Virus record (IMG/VR): IMGVR_UViG_3300030012_004221 | Span: 1-64,000 of that record | From: a virus | Direction: 5' to 3' (one strand) | Length of the DNA: 64,000 bases | Part shown: positions 57,570 to 64,000 of the stretch, piece after piece | How positions within the stretch are numbered: position 1 is the stretch's first letter | How the letters are laid out: every line of letters starts with the position of its first letter | The notes under the pieces: generated by a model | The model's database searches: none | Told to the model about the DNA's origin: nothing | Seen by the model: only the letters and a program-made list of their open reading frames with translations | Made by a program: the position numbers and the translations under genes

Positions 57570-58285
57570 TAATTAATTTTCCCCCTTCTATTTGATGATG
57601 GTTTTGATATAACATTATTACTTGGTCTAGAATAATTATTACTAGGTTTTGAATAATTATTATTTGGTCTAGAGTAGTTATTATTAGGTTTAATTATAAT
57701 ATTGTTACTTGGTTGCCAATTATTATTAGGTTTAACTCTAATATTGTTGTTATTATTACTATTACTAGGTTTATAATTAGCAATAAAATTATCAACAACA
57801 GGCTTATCTATATTAACTCTTGGTTTATTTCTATTAACTCTTAAAGTATTAGATATAGATGTTAAACTACCCCTTCTACTAGCATTATAAATTACATTAT
57901 AACTCTGATTATTAAATGGGCCATTATACCAACTATATATTGGATTTTGGTAATGTGAATAACTCCAATGATTCCAACTATACCACCCATATGGTCTTGG
58001 ATAGTACCAATACCAATATCTATGATGTCTAACCCAATCAGGATGATACCAATTGTACCAATCGTAACTACTACCCCAATACCAACTATGATTTCTAAAG
58101 AATCTAGGTTTAAAATCTAATGTAATAGTATTAAATTCTAATTTTGTAAATATATTTACTGAGTCACCTTTAATTTCATCAAGATAAACTATTTCTGTTT
58201 CACAGCATTTATCTACAGGCACTTGTTGATAAGTCCCACAGCTAAATAATAATACTGCTACAATACTAATTATAAATTTATTCAT
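57569..58285 (-). CDS. Lipoprotein with W/Y-rich middle and Asn-rich repeat tail
   Basis: LLFSC lipobox; NNYS[RK]P repeats; late motif at 58295-58302. Confidence 0.75.
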   Translation of the reverse strand: MNKFIISIVAVLLFSCGTYQQVPVDKCCETEIVYLDEIKGDSVNIFTKLEFNTITLDFKPRFFRNHSWYWGSSYDWYNWYHPDWVRHHRYWYWYYPRPYGWYSWNHWSYSHYQNPIYSWYNGPFNNQSYNVIYNASRRGSLTSISNTLRVNRNKPRVNIDKPVVDNFIANYKPSNSNNNNNIRVKPNNNWQPSNNIIIKPNNNYSRPNNNYSKPSNNYSRPSNNVISKPSSNRRGKIN

Positions 58286-58303
58286 ATGTTTGGTTATAAA
58301 TAT

Positions 58304-59041
58304 TTAAGTAGGTGTTTGAACACCACGTTTACTAACAACCCCAGCTGAGACTTTATTTGCAAATTTAATTGCATTTGGAACTGATTTTGCTGTTGCGTAT
58401 GATAATGCGAATGCAGCTGTAAATGTATCCCCAGCTCCACTAACATCAATTGTTTCTTGAGGTTGGGGAGAAGGATAAATTTTACCTTGATACATTGATC
58501 CCTTAGAACCTAAAGTAATAATAACTTTTTCATCATCTAATTGTTTATTATTCATCCATTCTCCTTCATTTAATTTCACAAAAGTAAAATCTTTAATAAT
58601 ATCATTAGTGAGTTTTCTTTTACTATCTAATATTGACAGTTTTGATTTATACGCAATTATTTGTAAAGCATAATCTGATAAGTATCCTTTATTGTAGTCA
58701 CTTACGACTACTAAATCAGCATCCTGTATAAAATGTTCATAATTTTCAGACCATACAAATGACTCAATTTTATCATCACCCTCATCAACTCTTAAAAACA
58801 TATGGTTTGTTTTTTTCTCAACATACCTAGTTTTAGTTACTTGAGATAAATTACTAAAATGTAATATTTTAGATGTTGGTTCTAATGCCTTAATATTAGC
58901 AACTGTATTACCTGACATACCAGCGTTTTGCTTTGTATACATTGGTTGTAATATTGGTACTGGTGCTTCAGGTGATAACCTATTTATTTTACAGTATATA
59001 AACTTATCTATACACGTTTCTCCTATAACTACTACTTTCAT
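58304..59041 (-). CDS. rfaE1: PfkB-family heptose kinase (HldE/RfaE domain I)
   Basis: RLSPEAPVP, KTRY, LRVD, SDYNKG, DVSGAGDTF. Confidence 0.85.
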   Translation of the reverse strand: MKVVVIGETCIDKFIYCKINRLSPEAPVPILQPMYTKQNAGMSGNTVANIKALEPTSKILHFSNLSQVTKTRYVEKKTNHMFLRVDEGDDKIESFVWSENYEHFIQDADLVVVSDYNKGYLSDYALQIIAYKSKLSILDSKRKLTNDIIKDFTFVKLNEGEWMNNKQLDDEKVIITLGSKGSMYQGKIYPSPQPQETIDVSGAGDTFTAAFALSYATAKSVPNAIKFANKVSAGVVSKRGVQTPT

Positions 59042-59238
59042 GCTATATAATCACTCATTAATGGTTTTCTCTTAAGACGTTCTTTTTCAATTTGAGCATC
59101 TAATGTTATTAAAGAACACATTCTTTTTAATGTTTCAGGATGATATTGAGCCATTTCAATTAATACTTCATCTTCAAAAGTATTAAAATATTCCATAAAT
59201 GTTGGGGCTCTAAATGTTAGTTTTATTTTATCATCCAT
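59038..59238 (-). CDS. Hypothetical protein
   Basis: 66 aa. Confidence 0.6.
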   Translation of the reverse strand: MDDKIKLTFRAPTFMEYFNTFEDEVLIEMAQYHPETLKRMCSLITLDAQIEKERLKRKPLMSDYIA

Positions 59239-59353
59239 ATATTCTAGTTGGTTGTTTCTTTTTTTTATTAATTTTAATACTACCTTTTTGAATCATCATT
59301 CTTCTCCACTCCATAAATTGAGTGTAATTTGATTTGTGTGAATTTTTACTCAT
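59231..59353 (-). CDS. 40-aa basic protein
   Basis: Not in track: MSKNSHKSNYTQFMEWRRMMIQKG... Confidence 0.45.
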   Translation of the reverse strand: MSKNSHKSNYTQFMEWRRMMIQKGSIKINKKKKQPTRIYG

Positions 59354-59356
59354 AAC

Positions 59357-59488
59357 TTATCTACCTTGTCCTTTATATAATTTTTTATAATTTTTACTTC
59401 TTTTTAATTTACTTGTTTTACTTTTTGCATGAACCCCAGGTCTTTTTTTCTTTGTTGTGCCTAGGTATGTGGAAACGTTTAATGCCAT
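59357..59488 (-). CDS. 43-aa very basic protein ending YKGQGR
   Basis: Not in track: MALNVSTYLGTTKKKRPGVHAKSKTSKLKRSKNYKKLYKGQGR; TAATG coupling. Confidence 0.65.
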   Translation of the reverse strand: MALNVSTYLGTTKKKRPGVHAKSKTSKLKRSKNYKKLYKGQGR

Positions 59489-60048
59489 TATTCAAATTTT
59501 TCTTTTAGGTTATTAATTTTAATTACATGCTGCAACGATGATACATATGCATCTGCTTCAGCGTATTGTTTATCTAACAATTTATATAATTGTTTTTCAG
59601 ATTTACATCTATATGCAAAGGTTGAATACCATAAAGCATAATCAGTAACTGATTCTTTCCAACTGTCATAATAAGCATGACCAAATTGAGTACCTTTAGC
59701 TAAATTTAATCTAACTCTAGCTTCTTTCATTCCAAATAAATTGTTATTTTCTTTAAATATTTTAGATTGATAATGACCAGTTTCTAAAATAGATTGTGCT
59801 AATACTATGTGGGGAAATTTAAAATTTAATTTATTAATTTCTTCAATTAATTTATCTTCACTAAATTCATTAATATCATTAACTATTAAAACAGTTTCTG
59901 TATCTGTAATGTATTTTGTTTCAGGTGCTGTAGTAAGACCTAAAAATAAGAATAAAGTAAAAAATACTAATGCTGTTTTTAAAAATACTCCTACAGTATT
60001 AATTGGTTCATATTGTAATTTGCGGTTGTTGTATGTATAATATTTCAT
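59488..60048 (-). CDS. GH73 glucosaminidase (cell-wall hydrolase) with N-terminal TM
   Basis: AQSILETG, NNLFGMK, YAEADAY. Confidence 0.85.
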   Translation of the reverse strand: MKYYTYNNRKLQYEPINTVGVFLKTALVFFTLFLFLGLTTAPETKYITDTETVLIVNDINEFSEDKLIEEINKLNFKFPHIVLAQSILETGHYQSKIFKENNNLFGMKEARVRLNLAKGTQFGHAYYDSWKESVTDYALWYSTFAYRCKSEKQLYKLLDKQYAEADAYVSSLQHVIKINNLKEKFE

Positions 60049-60058
60049 AATGTTAAGT

Positions 60059-60235
60059 TTAAAATTTATCTAAAAAATTGCCTTTAATAACTTTGCTTTT
60101 TAGTAAACTATTTTTTTCATCATCTTTAAGCATTTTATTGGCTAATTTTTCTAAATGCCTTGATTTAACTTTATCATAATCATTTACAATTTGATCATGT
60201 TTTCTTTTTTTTATATTTCTAGTTTTCTTTGCCAT
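60059..60235 (-). CDS. 58-aa basic protein
   Basis: Not in track: MAKKTRNIKKRKHDQIVNDY...FLDKF. Confidence 0.55.
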   Translation of the reverse strand: MAKKTRNIKKRKHDQIVNDYDKVKSRHLEKLANKMLKDDEKNSLLKSKVIKGNFLDKF

Positions 60236-61125
60236 TATAACTCATATTCATTTTCAAAAACACTTTTTAAGTAATCTTCAATTGTCAAATTAACTTGGTT
60301 ATTTGATTTTAAAGCATACCTTTTATCATGCCCTAATCTATCAGGCGCATATTTCCATTTTACTTCTTTACCTAAGATATCACCCATTAATTGAACTAAT
60401 TCTTTATTTTGCCACCTATCTCTGGATCCAATGTGAGCTATTCCTGATGCATTATTTACTATTAGATCAAATATTTCAGTAACATTATCTTCAACCCATA
60501 TCCATTCTCTTACTGCTGTACCATCTCCATAAATTGGTATTTCAACATCAGCCTCAATACAATTCATTATAATTGGTATGAATTTTTCTGGATGTTGCAT
60601 ATCACCAAAGTTATTACAAGTACGAGTAATTAAATATGGTAAACCATAAGTTCTACCTGCTGATTTTACTAACATATCAGCTGCAGCTTTAGATGCTGAG
60701 TAGTATGAAGATGGGTTAAGCATATCTGTTGTAAGTGACTCGCCTATTAATTTATCTCCATATACTTCATCAGTTGATATTTGTACAAACTTCTTTAATG
60801 AAGGTATTTTAATTGCTATTTCTAATAAATTAAAAACCCCATCAATATTAGAATGGACAAATTGCAAACCATTAGATATTGATCTATCTACATGCGATTC
60901 AGCAGCAAAATTAACTATATAATCAACATTTGTTCCTATATCTTCTAATGTAAGATCACAAATGTCTTTTTTAATTAATTCATAAGTACAACCTTCTACT
61001 CTCCTAATGTCAGAAGCATATGTGCCCTTATCTACTATAACTGTTTTAATGTTTGGGTATTTTTCTAACATTCTAACAAATGCGGATCCTATAAACCCTA
61101 ACCCTCCTGTAACTATTATTTTCAT
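60235..61125 (-). CDS. rfbB: dTDP-glucose 4,6-dehydratase
   Basis: TGGLGFIG, FAAESHVDRS, ISTDEVYG, YSASK, HPEKFIP, DRLGHDKRY. Confidence 0.92.
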   Translation of the reverse strand: MKIIVTGGLGFIGSAFVRMLEKYPNIKTVIVDKGTYASDIRRVEGCTYELIKKDICDLTLEDIGTNVDYIVNFAAESHVDRSISNGLQFVHSNIDGVFNLLEIAIKIPSLKKFVQISTDEVYGDKLIGESLTTDMLNPSSYYSASKAAADMLVKSAGRTYGLPYLITRTCNNFGDMQHPEKFIPIIMNCIEADVEIPIYGDGTAVREWIWVEDNVTEIFDLIVNNASGIAHIGSRDRWQNKELVQLMGDILGKEVKWKYAPDRLGHDKRYALKSNNQVNLTIEDYLKSVFENEYEL

Positions 61126-61748
61126 ATTCTTGATATTATGTTTAATTCGTCTTTATCATCTTCACCTAATCCTAATTCTTTAAGTCGTTGCATATGGTAA
61201 TCATCGACTTCCCATTCTACCTTACTTTGATTAGTAGGTACATGGTCTTCAATACCTTCAATTTGTTTATCTGTAAAAATATCACCAACATTTAAAAAAT
61301 AATGATTATAACATAACAATTCAATATTGTCTAATTTATAATTTTGTTTATTATTATCTTTAAAATTTAACAATAAAGGTATTTTATAATCTAATACTCT
61401 CCTTTCCCTAAACCCACATATAGCACATTTTTCTTCTAAATAACCTTCAGTAATTAACCTATATTTAATTTTGTCAGGGGTGAAAGAAGCAGCGTTTGCC
61501 CTTCCTTCTATAATATCCATTAGTGCTGGTTCTTTACCACCTGACTTTAAGAATTTAGGAATACCAACTCCTGATTGATTTTTATGTTGTTCAAATAAAT
61601 TATCATGGGTATCACTCTCATATATTTTAGCCCATTTTTTATAATGTACATAAGAACAATTCAAATATCTAGCTGCTGCTGCATTTGATCTGGTTTTAGC
61701 TATTGCTGCTAAAATTTGTTCTTTAGTAAGTGGTCTTGGTTTAGGCAT
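61122..61748 (-). CDS. HTH + degenerate HNH/Zn-finger protein
   Basis: N-terminal HTH (SNAAAARYL); CAICG...LLLNFKDNNKQN...LLCYNH. Confidence 0.7.
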   Translation of the reverse strand: MPKPRPLTKEQILAAIAKTRSNAAAARYLNCSYVHYKKWAKIYESDTHDNLFEQHKNQSGVGIPKFLKSGGKEPALMDIIEGRANAASFTPDKIKYRLITEGYLEEKCAICGFRERRVLDYKIPLLLNFKDNNKQNYKLDNIELLCYNHYFLNVGDIFTDKQIEGIEDHVPTNQSKVEWEVDDYHMQRLKELGLGEDDKDELNIISRI

Positions 61749-61989
61749 CTAAATTTTTATATGAGTCAAGTTTTATTGGTTTTTGGCTTTTTTCAAAAAC
61801 TTCAACTTGATCAGGTGTCATAATATGAATATCATTCCATGTATGATCACCTTCTCCATTAACTGTACTTACAGCTTTATAAGCACCTACAGTTGAGCAA
61901 TTAACACAAACTTTGTACCCAAATTTAGTTAATCTTAATTCAGGCATAGGTTCCCCACAAGATGTACAAGGTATCATTTTCATTTCCAT
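61741..61989 (-). CDS. DksA/TraR-type C4 zinc-finger protein
   Basis: CTSCGEPMPELRL...CVNCS. Confidence 0.75.
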   Translation of the reverse strand: MEMKMIPCTSCGEPMPELRLTKFGYKVCVNCSTVGAYKAVSTVNGEGDHTWNDIHIMTPDQVEVFEKSQKPIKLDSYKNLDA

Positions 61990-62040
61990 TATTTTATAAT
62001 TTAGTTTATACTTACAGTATAACTATAAACTTATACCGTA

Positions 62041-62070
62041 AATATACGAAAAATAACTAAAAAATCCAAG
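62041..62070 (-). promoter_or_regulatory. Early promoter
   Basis: CTTGG-N15-TTCGTATATTTAC. Confidence 0.75.
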
Positions 62071-62071
62071 C

Positions 62072-62479
62072 TTATTTGGTGGAAGAAGGAGATTTATATT
62101 TGATGTAACCCCAAAGGTCATCTGTGTTTTTAAGAATAAACTGTTTACCATTATGTCCCTCTAATGGGATAATTTTACCATCTGGTCCAATTCTATCATA
62201 AATATACCATAAAATTATTTTAGTTGCTTCACTACCATAAATCATAGACATATAAGTTTCAACAACTACCCAAAGTGGATCAGTTAATTTATGAGCATCA
62301 ATACCACCTATTGATGATAATTCATTTTCCATTGTATCAGCAGCTATTAATTTATTAATCATAATGCCAAATGCTTTTTCTTCATTTTGACTAACATTAT
62401 CTTTAATATTAGCTTCTGTCCCTAATATTTCTTTAAATAACTTTTGCAAGTCTTCTTTACCGTGTATACTATCTTCCAT
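62072..62479 (-). CDS. Hypothetical protein
   Basis: 135 aa, WYIYDR...DDLW. Confidence 0.7.
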   Translation of the reverse strand: MEDSIHGKEDLQKLFKEILGTEANIKDNVSQNEEKAFGIMINKLIAADTMENELSSIGGIDAHKLTDPLWVVVETYMSMIYGSEATKIILWYIYDRIGPDGKIIPLEGHNGKQFILKNTDDLWGYIKYKSPSSTK

Positions 62480-62480
62480 A

Positions 62481-62642
62481 TTATATTTTTTCTACACTAA
62501 ATAAACTAGTAAATGATTCTAATTTTATTTTTTTTCTCTTTGCAGCTATAATTTCTGCATCTGAATTTGATTTAGCTTCTACTATTCCTACTGTTTCTTT
62601 ATTAGGATCATTTTTGATAAAGTATTTATATTTACAACTCAT
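62481..62642 (-). CDS. 53-aa protein
   Basis: Not in track: MSCKYKYFIKNDPNKETVG...AAKRKKIKLESF. Confidence 0.55.
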   Translation of the reverse strand: MSCKYKYFIKNDPNKETVGIVEAKSNSDAEIIAAKRKKIKLESFTSLFSVEKI

Positions 62643-62982
62643 ATTTTTCTATTAATTTTTTAATTTTATGACACGCCTCATATTCTTCATCTTCAATTAA
62701 TAAATGGATCATCTTCATTAGTGGCTTTTTAAATTGGGATCTATTTATTTCTACTATAACTGATAAATTAAGTACATTAAACAACTCAGCTTTTGGTAGT
62801 TTATTTTTTAGAGCATACACTATAGCTTTATATGATTCTTTTAAAACAAAATTATTAAATTTATGACTATTAGCTAGTTCAAATAGATCTTCTTGATTAT
62901 TCCAATCTATTTCAATAAATACAGCTTCTCTTTCGATTTTTTTATCTTCTTTTTCCATCTGTAGTGTATTTAGGGATTCCAT
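62632..62982 (-). CDS. Protein with C-terminal UVR-like motif
   Basis: EEYEACHKI; TATTTATA directly upstream of ATG. Confidence 0.7.
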   Translation of the reverse strand: MESLNTLQMEKEDKKIEREAVFIEIDWNNQEDLFELANSHKFNNFVLKESYKAIVYALKNKLPKAELFNVLNLSVIVEINRSQFKKPLMKMIHLLIEDEEYEACHKIKKLIEKYEL

Positions 62983-62991
62983 TATAAATAT

Positions 62992-63789
62992 TTAAAAATT
63001 TATTCCTCTGATTAACTGTCCTTTAGGTCTATGAGAATTATTTTCTAATAGCTGAGGTGCTATACCCCACTTATACATAAACATTTGTGCAGCTGGTCCT
63101 TCAGTTGCCTTAAATTTATCACCTTCTTTACCATTTTTAGTAGCTGTGCTTCCAAAATGATATAAATGAGCATTGTGGGTTCTAATAAACCCTAACCCCA
63201 TTAAATCTAATTTTAAAAAGAAATCCCAATCACATATAAATGGTGATTGATACATTGTATCAAACCCACCTGCAGCCATATAATATTTTTTATACATTGC
63301 AAACGGAAATATACCACCATCAACAGTTAATGTATCTTTTTTAATAGATTTTTCATATTCAACAAATTCACTATACTTAAATTCTTTTGGATTACTACCA
63401 AAATCCTTAACTGGGAATTTAAATATACCAGGACCTGTTGGCTCTATTTGATTTAATGTTAGTACTGTTTTTTCTTTATCTTTAAGAGTATCTAATATTA
63501 CACCATCCCAATCTTTACAAAATACATTATCATCATTTACAATAAAAATAATTTCATTACTAGCATTAATTACTCCTAAATTAAGTGCTTGTTGCATTCC
63601 CTGATTTTGGCCTAAATCAAGTACATCAATACTATCTTTATATTTATTTAATATTTCTTGACTTTCTTCTATATAGCCATCTACAGCTACAATAATTTCA
63701 TTTTCATTTGTTTGTTGTTCAATAGCTGATTTTAAACAAATATCTAAATACTCTGGGTTTCTATATGTTGGTATTATTAAACTTATCAT
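62992..63789 (-). CDS. Glycosyltransferase family 2
   Basis: ISLIIPTY, VDG, NDD, GGFD, DWDF, YHFGS. Confidence 0.9.
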   Translation of the reverse strand: MISLIIPTYRNPEYLDICLKSAIEQQTNENEIIVAVDGYIEESQEILNKYKDSIDVLDLGQNQGMQQALNLGVINASNEIIFIVNDDNVFCKDWDGVILDTLKDKEKTVLTLNQIEPTGPGIFKFPVKDFGSNPKEFKYSEFVEYEKSIKKDTLTVDGGIFPFAMYKKYYMAAGGFDTMYQSPFICDWDFFLKLDLMGLGFIRTHNAHLYHFGSTATKNGKEGDKFKATEGPAAQMFMYKWGIAPQLLENNSHRPKGQLIRGINF

Positions 63790-63790
63790 A

Positions 63791-63973
63791 TTATTTTTTT
63801 ATTATGTAGGATCCTGTATGAAATCCTGATTCTGATCCTACTACACGTTTCTCTAATGAATATACTTTATCATCATAAGGATTACGTACTTCTAAAGGTA
63901 GGTTTTTTTCTATCATCCAATCTTTTACAGCTGCTGCTGCTTCAAATAAACATAAATCATCAAATATAATCAT
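63791..63973 (-). CDS. C-terminal part of a gene starting beyond the window (class I methyltransferase-like)
   Basis: Reading continues upstream as ...YDKVEKGGMIIFDD, typical of methyltransferase GG.IIFDD. Confidence 0.5.
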   Translation of the reverse strand: MIIFDDLCLFEAAAAVKDWMIEKNLPLEVRNPYDDKVYSLEKRVVGSESGFHTGSYIIKK

Positions 63974-64000
63974 TCCACCTTTTTCAACTTTATCATATAA

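Noticed and set aside
3613-60040. All plus-strand ORFs in the track (e.g. 5430-5891, 11853-12269, 19783-20130)
   Set aside because: Antisense shadows of strong minus-strand genes; S/L/F-rich composition, no motifs or promoters
1-64000. Alternative genetic code (stop-codon reassignment)
   Set aside because: Known enzymes are full length under code 11, and TAG/TGA end genes at normal coupled junctions

Overview
A 64-kb segment of a very AT-rich, large contractile-tailed (T4-superfamily-like, probably jumbo) phage genome. Every credible gene is on the minus strand. The host is most likely Bacteroidota (Flavobacteriia): there are repeated -33/-7-type promoters (TTTGG-N15-TTCGTATATTTA), no obvious Shine-Dalgarno sites, a Gln-start outer-membrane beta-barrel and lipoproteins. 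In window order: (1) 1-15.5 kb, a cluster of late genes whose products share T4-like capsid-targeting N-termini and (I/L/V)-x-E cleavage sites, including a P-loop kinase, a HIGH-nucleotidyltransferase/metallopeptidase/HAD polyprotein, a PD-(D/E)xK nuclease, a histone H1-like protein and an unannotated 22-aa, 9-Cys micro-protein; (2) 15.5-17.7 kb, exonuclease, primase and GIY-YIG nuclease; (3) 17.7-36.5 kb, baseplate/tail module (gp25-, gp6-, gp7/P2-I-, spike-like), strikingly rich in [S/T]-[G/A/S/Q]-S triplets; (4) 36.5-64 kb, late sigma factor, HD protein, RadA-like ATPase, UvsE, DNA ligase, split ADP-heptose synthase (HldE kinase and adenylyltransferase halves), RfbB, GT2, GH73 lysin and many small early genes. 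Best leads: a promoter-driven ~330-nt GC-rich structured non-coding element at 45.0-45.3 kb, the capsid-packaged enzyme cargo, and a possible virion glycosylation (heptosylation) system. All assignments come from motif reading only; no database searches were run.
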